The notes: generated by a model from the sequence alone, not told the origin. Shown: positions 51,511 to 62,146, counted from the first letter of the stretch. The stretch: DNA of 64,000 nt from Hyphococcus sp. (GCF_021604585.1 NZ_BQJG01000003.1); one strand, 5' to 3'. Program-made: numbers and translations.

Positions 51511-52757
51511 CCAAACGGCTTATCTATTGATGGCGACAGCGCTGTGAAAAGCTTCGGGCCTTGCTCAGTTATGTAGAGGCAATCTTCCAGCCGCACGCCG
51601 AACTCGCCAAAGGTGTAAATGCCTGGCTCATTGGAAAAGCACATGCCCGGCGCGAGCTTGGTTTTCTCTCCGTGCACGAAGTTAACCGGTTCGTGGCCAT
51701 CCATGCCGATGCCGTGGCCGAGGCGATGCGAAAGGCCCGGCGTTTTGTAGCCCGGCCCGTAGCCTTTGGACTCATAGAACGCGCGCACCGCGTCATCGAC
51801 AGCGCCGGCCTCAACGCCGATCTGCGCTGTTTCCATGGCCAGTTCCTGTCCGGCTTTCACCGTGTTCCAGACATCGCGTTGCTTCGCGGTGGGCTCGCCG
51901 AAAACGAACGTGCGGGAAATATCGCTTTCATAATCCAGCACCGAACAGCCGCAATCCATCAGCACAATCCCGCCCTCGGTGATTTGTTCCGGCGTGTTGG
52001 AGCCATGCGGATAGGCGCTCGCCTCATTGAGCAGGACCATGGAGAACCGAACTGCGCCGCCCAGTTCCGTTGTCGCCTTGCTCATCATAGCGGAGACATC
52101 CTGCGACGACATGCCGGCTTCGATGCGCGGATGAATATAGGCGTAGGCGGTCATGGTGATGTCGTTGGCTTTTTGCATCAGCGCGATTTCGGCGGGCGAC
52201 TTATACATCCGGCAGCCGCGTGTGATCGGCGCACCATTGACGGGCTTGAATTTCGGCGCAGCGTTGGCGACGCCGTCAACAATGAAATGGCGCACGGTTT
52301 CTTCAATCGCGAGCTTGCCTTTCTTCAGCCCGCGATCAGCAAGGATGCCGGCGACCAGCGCGAACGGGCTCTCATGTTCATTCCAGACGCGAACATCATC
52401 GCCGAAACTCATGCTTTGCCGAATGGAGGGTTCCTCAAAATACGGTGTGACGACGCCGATCTCGCCATCGGCGGGAATAACGACGGCGGTCAATCGCTCA
52501 GACCGCCACCAGCGAATGCCGGTGAAATAAACCATCGCTGACCCAGCCTCGATTAACAGCGCGGCGACCCCTTGCTGGCGCATCAGCTCTTGCGCTTTGG
52601 CGACGCGGGCCTTGCGTTCCTCGACGCTGATCGGCGCAACGTTGCCGGTCATGTCGTTTAAACCCGCAGCAGCTTTCGCGGGCGAGGCGACGCCGGCCGC
52701 CGCCAATCCTGCAAGCCCTGTCGCCTTGATCAGATCACGTTTGGTCATCGCCATCAT
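51507..52757 (-). CDS. M24 family Xaa-Pro peptidase with Tat signal
   Basis: TKRDLIKATGLAGLAAAGVA and HRLGHGIGMDGHE. Confidence 0.85.
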   Translation of the reverse strand: MMAMTKRDLIKATGLAGLAAAGVASPAKAAAGLNDMTGNVAPISVEERKARVAKAQELMRQQGVAALLIEAGSAMVYFTGIRWWRSERLTAVVIPADGEIGVVTPYFEEPSIRQSMSFGDDVRVWNEHESPFALVAGILADRGLKKGKLAIEETVRHFIVDGVANAAPKFKPVNGAPITRGCRMYKSPAEIALMQKANDITMTAYAYIHPRIEAGMSSQDVSAMMSKATTELGGAVRFSMVLLNEASAYPHGSNTPEQITEGGIVLMDCGCSVLDYESDISRTFVFGEPTAKQRDVWNTVKAGQELAMETAQIGVEAGAVDDAVRAFYESKGYGPGYKTPGLSHRLGHGIGMDGHEPVNFVHGEKTKLAPGMCFSNEPGIYTFGEFGVRLEDCLYITEQGPKLFTALSPSIDKPFG

Positions 52758-52768
52758 GCATCCCTCTT

Positions 52769-54025
52769 TTATTGTTCGCGCGCCATCAGGCTGGGCAGCG
52801 CGCCCATATCGGCGCCGGCCTGCTTCATAAAAAATCTGCGCAAAGGCGCGACAGCGTTCACCGCGCCCATGCCGACATCGCGCGCCAGGCGCAGCGGTGC
52901 AATGTCATTGGAGAACAGCCGGTTCAGCAAGTCTGTGCCGAGCGCCAGCGCGGCGGAATCGAACCGGCGCCAGCGCTGATAATTTTGCAAGACCGTAAGC
53001 GCGCCAATATCGAGACCCACATCGCGCCCCTCATCCAAAACATCGGCCAGGGCGGCGATGTCTTTAATGGCGAGATTGTATCCTTGTCCGGCGATCGGGT
53101 GGATCGCATGGGCCGCGTCGCCAATCAGCGCGAGGCGCGGCGCGATGTAAGATTGCGCCAGCGTGAAGGCCAGCGGATAGGACCAGCGCGGCCCGGCGGG
53201 CGTGATCGCGCCGAGATAATCGCCGAACCGGTTTTCAATTTCGCGGCGGAAGTCATCTTCGTTGAGCGCCATATAAGCAGGGGCCGCGTCGGCGCGCTCT
53301 GTCCATACCAGCGACGAACGATTGTTCGTCATCGGCAAAATCGCGAACGGTCCGGCAGGGAGGAAAAACTCCTGCGCCACGCCCTGATGCGGTTTTTCAT
53401 GGGCGACGGTGGCGACAATGCCGGTCTGGTTGTAGCGCCATTGATTGGTCTTGATGTTGGCTTCAGCGCGCAGCGGCGACATGCGTCCGTCTGCTGCGAC
53501 GACAAGTGATGCGGATAAGCGGCGCCCGTCAGCGAGGTCGACAATCGCTTCGCCCGGATTGAACGTGGTCTTTGTCCGCATGGCTGGGGCAAACAGGGTG
53601 ATGTCTGGCGCGCGTTCAATGGCGTCAAACAGCACCTCGCGAATGGTGCGGTTCTCAACGATCCAGCCAAGCGGTGTGTCGTCTTCCATTTCGCGGCTGT
53701 CAAAGTGCAGATTAAAGCTCGACACGGTTCCGCCGCCAAAGCGCGAGGTCGCACGGCCATCGGTGACAAGAATATCGCGGATCGGTTCAGCGCCGTTTTC
53801 GTCGGATGTGATCGCGTCCCACAGGCCGAGACGGCGAAAGACCCGCGCAGACGCGTATGAGATTGCTGTGGTCCGCCCGTCAAACGCCGCGCCCCGCAAG
53901 GTTTTGGAATCCACCGCATCGATAAGGGCGCAGGAAAAGCCGCGTGCGGCCAACGCCAAGCTCGCCAGCCCGCCAGCCGGTCCGCCGCCAATAACGATAA
54001 TGTCGAAATGTTGCGTCTCGCTCAT
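52769..54025 (-). CDS. UbiH/UbiF/VisC/COQ6 family FAD-dependent ubiquinone biosynthesis hydroxylase
   Basis: FDIIVIGGGPAGG and LIGDAAHAIHPIAGQG. Start trimmed to MSETQ. Confidence 0.88.
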   Translation of the reverse strand: MSETQHFDIIVIGGGPAGGLASLALAARGFSCALIDAVDSKTLRGAAFDGRTTAISYASARVFRRLGLWDAITSDENGAEPIRDILVTDGRATSRFGGGTVSSFNLHFDSREMEDDTPLGWIVENRTIREVLFDAIERAPDITLFAPAMRTKTTFNPGEAIVDLADGRRLSASLVVAADGRMSPLRAEANIKTNQWRYNQTGIVATVAHEKPHQGVAQEFFLPAGPFAILPMTNNRSSLVWTERADAAPAYMALNEDDFRREIENRFGDYLGAITPAGPRWSYPLAFTLAQSYIAPRLALIGDAAHAIHPIAGQGYNLAIKDIAALADVLDEGRDVGLDIGALTVLQNYQRWRRFDSAALALGTDLLNRLFSNDIAPLRLARDVGMGAVNAVAPLRRFFMKQAGADMGALPSLMAREQ

Positions 54026-54289
54026 GGGGCGAACATCGCCCTTTGCCGCTCCGGCGTCCAGCATGTGGGCGGCCCGTGCGGCGAATGGCGCAAATTGTTA
54101 ACGAAAACCGCTCGATAACCGGATGCTCCTCGCGAAAGCGGGGCCCAGGAAACTATGCGCGTTCCACAAGAACGGGTTTATAGGCGAGTGTGAAAAAGGC
54201 GTGTGCGACGGCATGCTCCGGCGTGGATTCGGAGAAAAACCTGAATCCACGCTTTCGCGGGGATAAGCGGCTTAAAAGAGGTTGATACG

Positions 54290-55570
54290 ATGAGCGTCAA
54301 AAATTCCCATGCGAGACTCATGATCCTCCTCGCCACCCTCCTGCCCGGCGCCGCTTTCGCGCAGGACATGTCCGCGCCTGCCGATGTGACGCGGTATATC
54401 CTCGACTCTACATTGCTGATGGCGGGCGGCTTTGCCGGGCTCGTCGCTATTGCGGGTCTGGCGCTGCGCGATGTGGGCCTGGCGCGGACGCAGAATGCTC
54501 CGCATGTCTGCCTACGGATGATTGGCGCGCTCGGCATTTCCGCTTTCGCCTTCTGGGCGGTGGGCTATCATCTGTTGTTCTCCGTTGAACATGGCGGCTT
54601 TCTCGGGCCGTTCCAAAGCTGGGCGCCGCTTGATGACGATCCGTCAAATGCGGGCCGGTCGTCAGGCGCGCACTGGTTTTTTCACATGAGCCTTGCGGCG
54701 CTCGGCGCGGTCATCGTGTCATCGGCCGTCTCCGAGCGGGTGCGATTGTGGCCCTTCCTGTTTTTCACCGCGATCTGGTCGGGCCTGATTTATCCGATCG
54801 CCGCATCCTGGGTCTGGGGCGGCGGCTATTTCGCCGACGAGTGGAGTTTCCGCGATTATGGCGGCGCGGCGGCGATCCATCTTTCCGCCGGCGCCGCAGC
54901 GCTCGCTGCGATTTTAGTGATCGGGCCGCGCTCCGGGCGCTTCGGTCATGGCGTATCGCGCCCGCAAGTCTCAACCGCCCTGCCGCTGTCGGCGTTCGGA
55001 TCGATGCTCAGTGCGGTGGCGCTGTTGATAATTATCATCGCACTAGGCGGCGCCATGTCTTCGGTGGAGGCGGCGGTGACGGCTGGCGCCATTCTCGCCA
55101 ACGCCATGATCGCCGCTGCGGGCGGCGCGATCGCCGCAATGTTCCTTACACAAACGGTCTACAAACGCACCGGGCTTGTTTCCGCCATGACCGGCATCAT
55201 TGCTGGCATTATCTCTATCGCAGCAGATCCCGTATCGCCGGCGCTGTGGCAGGCGGCGATGATCGGCGCTGTCGGTGGGGTGATCGTTACGGTGACGCCG
55301 CCCTTTCTCGACGGGTTGCGGCTTGATGATGCGGGTTTTGTCATTCCGGGCCATTGTTTTTGCGGCGCGTGGGGGGCGATCATCGCGTTTTGGATGACGG
55401 AGCGGATCTGGCTGCCGGGCCAGCTTTTGGGGACCGGCGCCATCGCGGCTTTTTCATTCGTGATGAGCCTTTTGATCTGGACAGCGCTGAAATATACGAT
55501 CGGCGTCCGCACCGCCCCGCTGGAGGATCCGCATCATGCGGGCCACTCAGAGCGGACCGGAATTCGTTAA
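54290..55570 (+). CDS. amt: Ammonium transporter (Amt family), no adjacent glnK
   Basis: Signal peptide, 11 TM helices, and DYGGAAAIHLSAGAAALA. Confidence 0.85.
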   Translation: MSVKNSHARLMILLATLLPGAAFAQDMSAPADVTRYILDSTLLMAGGFAGLVAIAGLALRDVGLARTQNAPHVCLRMIGALGISAFAFWAVGYHLLFSVEHGGFLGPFQSWAPLDDDPSNAGRSSGAHWFFHMSLAALGAVIVSSAVSERVRLWPFLFFTAIWSGLIYPIAASWVWGGGYFADEWSFRDYGGAAAIHLSAGAAALAAILVIGPRSGRFGHGVSRPQVSTALPLSAFGSMLSAVALLIIIIALGGAMSSVEAAVTAGAILANAMIAAAGGAIAAMFLTQTVYKRTGLVSAMTGIIAGIISIAADPVSPALWQAAMIGAVGGVIVTVTPPFLDGLRLDDAGFVIPGHCFCGAWGAIIAFWMTERIWLPGQLLGTGAIAAFSFVMSLLIWTALKYTIGVRTAPLEDPHHAGHSERTGIR

Positions 55571-55649
55571 ATCCCGTTAACCCTTTTCGATTCAAGAAGT
55601 GGCAAAGTGGGCGTTAACTTATTAAAAGCTGACTGGGTGCCTGCTGATT

Positions 55650-58049
55650 ATGCCGCCATCATCTCGTTCCTATGCTCGCAGCCGGAACCGGCGTGACCCT
55701 TTTGCCGAGCTTGCCGATCGCCTGAAGAGCTTTTCGCGAAGCATTCTGATGCGGGCGGGCGGGGCCGCCATGATTGCGCTGGCGATCTGGCTCGCCGCGT
55801 CTCTTTCGACCTTTACGATTTCCGATCCGACGCTCAACACCGCGACGCCCGCGGCGGTGCAGAATCTCGGCGGACCGCTCGGCGCCATCGTTGCGGACTT
55901 GCTGCTGCAGCTTTTGGGGGGTGCGGGCTTTTTGTTGATCGCGCCTCTGGCGATCTGGGGTGGGTTCGCCGTGGTGAACGGCGCACCTGAAGAAACCCCG
56001 GCTGATTTCTGGCGCCGGCTGATCGTGGCGCCCGCCGCCATTCTTGCGGGCGCGGCCTTTCTGGCGTCCTGGGCGCCGCCGCTGGACTGGCCATTCGTGG
56101 TCGGACCCGGCGGGCTGATCGGCGGCGTTCTTTATCATGGCGTCACAGGGCTCTTGTCTTTTATCGGCGATGATTTCGCCCGGCCGCTCGTCGCCGGCTT
56201 GTTCGCCGCTGCGACGCTTGCGGCTTATTCGGTCCTGTGCGGGCTGACGCGCGAACGTCTCGCCGATGCCTGGTGGGCGCTGGAGGATGGCGCGCTTGCG
56301 CTGCGGGACTTGGTTGAAGAGTGGCGTGAACGGCTGACCGGCGCCGAAACCGAAGATGACGAAGAAGAGTACGAAGAAGACGGCGATCTGGATGCGGAAT
56401 ATGATGAGGACGGAGAGCCCATCCTTGCGGCGCCGGCCCGCAATCGCAAACGCAAGATCGTCCGCAAGCGTAACAAAAAGAAAGAGAGCCGCCGCGAGAC
56501 CCGCGAAGCGCAGCCTTCCTTCCCGGTATTTTCAGCCGACGATTATGAACTGCCGCCGCTTGGGCTGCTGGCCAAACCCAATGGCGCGCGCCGCGCTGTG
56601 ATTTCCGACGAAGCGCTGGAACAAAATGCGCGCATGCTGGAAAATGTGCTCGCTGATTTTGGCGTGCGCGGCGAGATCGTCAATGTCCATCCCGGCCCAG
56701 TTGTGACGCTCTATGAACTTGAGCCTGCGGCGGGAACGAAATCTTCTCGCGTGATTGGCCTGTCCGACGATATCGCCCGCTCCATGAGCGCGGTTGCGGC
56801 GCGGGTTGCAGTCGTGCCGGGCCGCAACGCCATCGGCATTGAACTGCCGAACCAGGACCGGGAGATGGTGTTCCTGCGCGAATTGCTGGGCGCTGAAGAA
56901 TATGAGCGTTCCGGCGGCGACCTCACGCTGGCGCTCGGAAAATCTATTGGCGGCGATCCCGTGTTCGCCGATCTCGCGCGGATGCCGCATTTGCTGATCG
57001 CCGGCACCACCGGTTCGGGCAAGTCGGTCGGGATCAACACAATGATCCTGTCGCTGCTGTATCGGATGTCTCCCGAGCAGTGCAAACTCATCCTGATCGA
57101 TCCGAAAATGCTCGAGCTTTCAGTCTATGAAGGCATTCCTCATTTGCTTTCTCCAGTCGTTACTGATGCGCGCAAAGCGGTCGTCGCGCTCAAATGGACA
57201 GTGCGCGAGATGGAAGAACGCTACCGGAAAATGTCAAAGGTTGGCGTACGGAATATTGAAGGATTCAACCAGCGCGTCGCCGAGGCCGAAGAGAATGGTG
57301 AGATGCTGACGAGAACCGTTCACACCGGATATGACGAAGACTCCGGTGAAGCCGTCTATGAAAGCGAAGAGCTGGAATACGAGCCGATGCCGTTTATCGT
57401 TGTTGTCATCGACGAAGTCGCCGATCTGATGATGGTCGCCGGCAAGGACATTGAAGGCATGGTGCAGCGCTTGGCGCAGATGGCGCGCGCGGCCGGCATT
57501 CACCTGATCATGGCGACCCAGCGTCCTTCGGTCGATGTCATCACCGGGACGATCAAGGCGAACTTCCCGACGCGGATTTCCTTCCAGGTGACCTCGAAAA
57601 TCGACTCGCGCACGATCCTGGGCGAGCAGGGCGCTGAACAACTCCTCGGTCAGGGCGACATGTTGCACATGGCGGGCGGCGGGCGTTTGCGCCGGGTCCA
57701 CGGGGCTTTTGTTTCCGACGATGAGGTCGAAAAGATCGTTACCTTCCTGAAGAAACAGGGCGCGCCAAACTACGTGCAGGAAGTCACAGAATTGAAGGAA
57801 GAGGATGGCGGCGGGTTCGATCCATTTGAGCTCGGCGGCAATACCGGTTCGGGCGACGCGCTTTATGACCGCGCCGTCGCGGTGGTGGTGCGCGATCGCA
57901 AGGCGTCGACCTCTTACGTTCAGCGCCGCCTCCAGATCGGATATAACCGCGCCGCGACCCTGATCGAGCGGATGGAGGAGGAGGGTGTGATCTCGTCAGC
58001 CAACCATGCCGGAAAGAGAGATGTGCTGGTCGGCGATGACGCCGCCTAA
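55650..58049 (+). CDS. ftsK: DNA translocase FtsK
   Basis: N-terminal TM helices, an acidic/basic linker, and Walker A AGTTGSGKSV. The C-terminal gamma wHTH has YDRAVAVVVRDRKASTSYVQRRLQIGYNRAA. Confidence 0.95.
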   Translation: MPPSSRSYARSRNRRDPFAELADRLKSFSRSILMRAGGAAMIALAIWLAASLSTFTISDPTLNTATPAAVQNLGGPLGAIVADLLLQLLGGAGFLLIAPLAIWGGFAVVNGAPEETPADFWRRLIVAPAAILAGAAFLASWAPPLDWPFVVGPGGLIGGVLYHGVTGLLSFIGDDFARPLVAGLFAAATLAAYSVLCGLTRERLADAWWALEDGALALRDLVEEWRERLTGAETEDDEEEYEEDGDLDAEYDEDGEPILAAPARNRKRKIVRKRNKKKESRRETREAQPSFPVFSADDYELPPLGLLAKPNGARRAVISDEALEQNARMLENVLADFGVRGEIVNVHPGPVVTLYELEPAAGTKSSRVIGLSDDIARSMSAVAARVAVVPGRNAIGIELPNQDREMVFLRELLGAEEYERSGGDLTLALGKSIGGDPVFADLARMPHLLIAGTTGSGKSVGINTMILSLLYRMSPEQCKLILIDPKMLELSVYEGIPHLLSPVVTDARKAVVALKWTVREMEERYRKMSKVGVRNIEGFNQRVAEAEENGEMLTRTVHTGYDEDSGEAVYESEELEYEPMPFIVVVIDEVADLMMVAGKDIEGMVQRLAQMARAAGIHLIMATQRPSVDVITGTIKANFPTRISFQVTSKIDSRTILGEQGAEQLLGQGDMLHMAGGGRLRRVHGAFVSDDEVEKIVTFLKKQGAPNYVQEVTELKEEDGGGFDPFELGGNTGSGDALYDRAVAVVVRDRKASTSYVQRRLQIGYNRAATLIERMEEEGVISSANHAGKRDVLVGDDAA

Positions 58050-58240
58050 AGCCCATTGGTCGCTTGTTTTAAGCGTAATCAGCCAAGATAAACTGCTCCG
58101 TTCACGCCAAAATGTGCCGCCGCTACGATAAGTTGTGCGTTAACTGTTGATTTTACGGCTGAATCGCAGCCCGGCGTTGTTTTTTACAATTTGTTAGGCA
58201 TACTCTCTGGACTGGGGAGGGGATTTAACCTGGGTGGCGT

Positions 58241-59686
58241 ATGTCGAAAACTTATGAGCAACTTCCAGGCGCGGCAGGCAAGGAGCGGTTTTTCCGCCCC
58301 AGCCGCTATGACGCGGACGTTATTTTCTCCGGTCTCGCGCCTCGGGTCAGTTTTGACGACGAGATTTACGAACTGGACAATATCAGCGCTGGCGGCGCCG
58401 GATGCATCGCGCGCAAGCGCGGCGACGATTCTGATGCGCCTGCCGGTTCCGCCGGGATCTTGCGTCTGACGCAGCACGGCCGAGAATTATTTCTGGGCGC
58501 GGCGCGCAAGGTGCGCAGCCATAATGGCGCAGGCGGGATCAGCGCCGGGTTTGAGCTTCAGGAAAACCGTTTTGATCTCGACTGGCTGATCCGCGAAAAT
58601 GCGAGCATGCTGGCCCGTGAAACGCGCAACACCACCGCAGCATCGATAGAACCCAGCATCGCTTACAAAACATTTTGCGCGGATGCGGCGGCGTTTCTCG
58701 GCGGCTATTTGTTGCGCATTCAAAAATTCGTCTCGCCCATCGATGCGCGTTTCGGCGAAGACGAGCGCAATGAGATTGCGCGCGATCTGGCGGCGGCGGC
58801 GGAAACCGAATGGCTCGATCTGGTGCGCGAAGGAAACGCGCTCACTGGCGAGATCCACAGCGACAAGCAATTGCGCATCGCGTACAAATCCTACACTGAG
58901 CGAACGGTTTCGCAGATTTTGCTGAACGGTCCCGGTTGGGCGCGGTGTTACTACAAACCAGCCGGTTATCCGGGCGACTACAAAATCATGAATTACGGCT
59001 ATGAGCAAAAGCCGGAAGGCGACACGGTCGCACAGAAATTCCTTCACTTGCTTGGCATGAGCGCCTCACGCGCCATCATTACCCGCATGGAAATGATCGC
59101 CAATCTGGTCGTCGACTACGCTATGGCGCGGCGGCGCGGAGAGGGCGACGAATTCACCATCACTAGTGTGGGCAGCGGGCCTGCCCGTGAGATCGAAGAC
59201 ATTCTTGCCGGTACGCCGGAAGATGTGCGGTGGCGCCTCAACCTTGTCGATCAGGAACCAGCGGCGCTTGATTATGCGTTTGAACGCATCGCTGGCATGC
59301 CCGACCGTGACCGGTTGAACGTCGCCGGATTAAATATCTCTTTCCGCGAAATGCTTCGGCCGTCAGCAGACAACACCGCCTTCATCGGCAATGACGTGAT
59401 TTATTCATCTGGCTTCGTTGACTATCTCAATCCGCTCCTGGCGCAGCGCTTCATCAAGCGGCTTTATGATTTCGTCAAACCGGGCGGCCAGGTGATTATC
59501 GGCAATGTCAATAATCTTGAGACGGGCATGATGTGGCCGCTCGAATATATCACCGACTGGAGCCTCTACTTCCGCAACGAAGAAGAGATGAAAGCGATGG
59601 CGCACGAGATTGTCGACGCCAAGGTTTCGGTTGTTTCCGATCCTATGCAGGCGGTGTTTTTCCTCGTCGTGGAAAAACCGCTTTAA
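58241..59686 (+). CDS. PilZ-like N-terminal domain fused to a class I SAM-dependent methyltransferase (PhcB-like architecture)
   Basis: RFFRPSR followed by DNISAGG resembles the PilZ RxxxR / D-x-S-x-x-G pair, with the first motif degenerate. The C-terminal half has ITSVGSGPAREIED (SAM motif I) and VIYSSGFVDYL. Confidence 0.7.
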   Translation: MSKTYEQLPGAAGKERFFRPSRYDADVIFSGLAPRVSFDDEIYELDNISAGGAGCIARKRGDDSDAPAGSAGILRLTQHGRELFLGAARKVRSHNGAGGISAGFELQENRFDLDWLIRENASMLARETRNTTAASIEPSIAYKTFCADAAAFLGGYLLRIQKFVSPIDARFGEDERNEIARDLAAAAETEWLDLVREGNALTGEIHSDKQLRIAYKSYTERTVSQILLNGPGWARCYYKPAGYPGDYKIMNYGYEQKPEGDTVAQKFLHLLGMSASRAIITRMEMIANLVVDYAMARRRGEGDEFTITSVGSGPAREIEDILAGTPEDVRWRLNLVDQEPAALDYAFERIAGMPDRDRLNVAGLNISFREMLRPSADNTAFIGNDVIYSSGFVDYLNPLLAQRFIKRLYDFVKPGGQVIIGNVNNLETGMMWPLEYITDWSLYFRNEEEMKAMAHEIVDAKVSVVSDPMQAVFFLVVEKPL

Positions 59687-61152
59687 CCCGCTTGTTTGGT
59701 TGACTTTTCGGTTGGGGCATTGGCCGCCATAGGCGGTTCAAACCGCACGATCACCGTTGTCCCGGTGCGTCCGTCCGAGGCCAGGCGGATCGTGGCGTTT
59801 TGCCCTTCAAAAATATGCTTGGCGACTGTCAGCCCCAATCCCAGACCTTCGCGCGAGCGCACCAGGGCTGTTTCTCCTTGGGTGAACGGTTTCATCGCCT
59901 TGTCGATCTGTTCGGCGCTCATGCCGGAGCCTTCGTCGCGCACGGCGAGCTCATAGGCGCCATCGGACAATTTGCTGCCGGCTAAATAAATCACGCCGCC
60001 ATTTTCAGAAACGTTGATGGCGTTTTCGATGATGTTGTTGAGCGCGTAACATGTGTGAATGATGTCGATGTGGATCGTTGCGTCTTCGAGCCCTTCCATA
60101 TCCAGGGCGACGCCTTTTTTCTCCAGCGGCGCGCGCATTCGTTCGAGCGCTACATCGGCGAGTTCGCTGACTGCCGTGTCGCAGGTTTCATATTTAATTT
60201 TACCTGCGGTGGCGTCGACAAAGCGCAGCATCTTTTGAATGCGTGAGAGCAACACATGCGCCGAGCCGTGAATCTCGCTGAGGTGACGCACATTGTCGCC
60301 TGAATCGTTCGCCGCCTTAAAGGAATTCGAGACAACTTCCGCATAGCCGATGATCTGATGCAGCGGCGTCCTGAGTTCGTGGCTCATCATTGACAGGAAG
60401 TTGATCTTTGATTGGTCGGCGGCTGTGGCTTCGATCAGGAGTTTCTCGATGACCTCACCATCGCGCTGGCGCTGCTCATTGCGCAGCCAGATGGTGCGCG
60501 AGCGAAGCTCCTGTGTGTAGTTGGTGATGACGGCGACGAAGGCGATCGAGATCATGAAAAAGTGACCGGCGATGATGTCAACATGAGAAAACGCCGGGCG
60601 AAGATTCAGTACTGCGACATAGACCAGCGATGTAGAGATATAGGCGGCCGCGGCGACCGAGAATGGAATCCTCATGATGCAGGACGACGCGATGAAGACG
60701 ACTAGAACGCCGATGATATAGGGCGGCGCGCCCGCGGGCGGAATCACGGCGATCATGGCGATGACGGAGATGCCGGACAGCCAGATGCCGCCAGCGGAGA
60801 GCCATCCGAAATGCGGTTTCACTTTCGCGATGTATGAAAGCGGAACCATTGCGCCGATCATGGCGCCGACAATGGCGCGCATCACCAGCACGGTTTCAAG
60901 TTTTTCCGAGATGGTCAGCACATCAAGGATGGCGTAGCCGAAATAGGTGATGATCACCGACCACCACAGCAGCCGCTCATTCGGCAGCGTCGTTTCAACC
61001 AGATGATTGATGTAGCGTTTTTCTGTTTCGCGCTCTTTGAAACGCGCATTCCACCCGGACAGCCCGTCGCGTTCCAGCGATTGCTGGAAGATCTGAACCG
61101 GATTGAGCCGCTTTTGTGCGGCCGGCCGGGGTGAATCGAGAGACCGCGCCAT
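59683..61152 (-). CDS. Multi-TM sensor histidine kinase (orphan, no adjacent response regulator)
   Basis: About 6 TM helices, then H-box MSHELRTPLHQIIGY and G-box GLGLGLTVA. It converges on the methyltransferase gene, and the two stops overlap in TTAA (59683-59686). Confidence 0.85.
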   Translation of the reverse strand: MARSLDSPRPAAQKRLNPVQIFQQSLERDGLSGWNARFKERETEKRYINHLVETTLPNERLLWWSVIITYFGYAILDVLTISEKLETVLVMRAIVGAMIGAMVPLSYIAKVKPHFGWLSAGGIWLSGISVIAMIAVIPPAGAPPYIIGVLVVFIASSCIMRIPFSVAAAAYISTSLVYVAVLNLRPAFSHVDIIAGHFFMISIAFVAVITNYTQELRSRTIWLRNEQRQRDGEVIEKLLIEATAADQSKINFLSMMSHELRTPLHQIIGYAEVVSNSFKAANDSGDNVRHLSEIHGSAHVLLSRIQKMLRFVDATAGKIKYETCDTAVSELADVALERMRAPLEKKGVALDMEGLEDATIHIDIIHTCYALNNIIENAINVSENGGVIYLAGSKLSDGAYELAVRDEGSGMSAEQIDKAMKPFTQGETALVRSREGLGLGLTVAKHIFEGQNATIRLASDGRTGTTVIVRFEPPMAANAPTEKSTKQAG

Positions 61153-61288
61153 GGTTTTTCATACATCAAGAGAGTTAACGAGGTTTTGGCGGTAAGCCGA
61201 ATTCACCCGCGCGGATATTGACTTTGCGGTGAGTTCGCCGCAGCGCAAGACGCTTGCTGATTGGTAAACAAAGTCTTAAAGTTTCCCC

Positions 61289-62146
61289 ATGGCGGACACT
61301 GGAACCATTGACGTTTTTGCCCCTTCGAGGGCGCAAGTGACAACGCGCGGCGCGGCGTGGCCGACAGTTGGCGTCTTCTTACTGTGCTGGGCAGGTCTTT
61401 GCGCAACCGTAACGGCCTCGATAACCATTGGGTTTTCGTTGTGGCTGGCGTGTTTCATCAACGCCGCGCTGCTCTATGTGCTCGCTCATATCAATCACGA
61501 GGCGATCCACCGCAATATTTCCGGCGGCAATCCGCGTCTGCGCTGGCTGAATGAATTGATCGGCCAGTTTGGCAGCATCTGGTACTTTTTGCCGTTCCCG
61601 GCCTTCAAGGCGGTCCATCTGGCGCACCACGCGGCGCCCAACGATCCGGTGACGGATGGCGACATGTGGGTGGCGCGCAAGCATCCGCTGGCGGTGGTGG
61701 CGAGTTGCGTGACGATACTTGGCGGTTACGAGCTGCAGCTCTGGCGGATGGCGCGAGAAAAGAAACTCACCCGCGCCAATCTGATCTCGATTTACGGCCA
61801 GCGGCTATTGGCGACTGCGGCGGTGATCGCCGCCTTCGCGCTCGGCTATGGCAAGGAAGTGATGTTCCTCTGGGTGCTGCCGGCGCTAATCGTCATGCCG
61901 TTCCTGGCGGTGTTTTTTGCATATGTGGTCCATCGACCCCATGACGAAACCGACCCTTACCGCTCAAGCAATGTCATCCTTGCGCCAAAATGGTTGCAGC
62001 CATTTGTGACCGCGATTTTCGTTTTCCAGAATTACCATCTGGTCCACCATCTCAATCCGCGCATTCCGTTTTATCAGTATGGCGATCATTTCCGTGCTCG
62101 CCGCGCTGAGCTGGAAGCCCGAAACGCCTCCATCACCACGCTTTAG
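61289..62146 (+). CDS. Membrane fatty-acid desaturase/hydroxylase family protein
   Basis: Three His boxes: HEAIH, HLAHH and HLVHH. 285 aa. Confidence 0.8.
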   Translation: MADTGTIDVFAPSRAQVTTRGAAWPTVGVFLLCWAGLCATVTASITIGFSLWLACFINAALLYVLAHINHEAIHRNISGGNPRLRWLNELIGQFGSIWYFLPFPAFKAVHLAHHAAPNDPVTDGDMWVARKHPLAVVASCVTILGGYELQLWRMAREKKLTRANLISIYGQRLLATAAVIAAFALGYGKEVMFLWVLPALIVMPFLAVFFAYVVHRPHDETDPYRSSNVILAPKWLQPFVTAIFVFQNYHLVHHLNPRIPFYQYGDHFRARRAELEARNASITTL

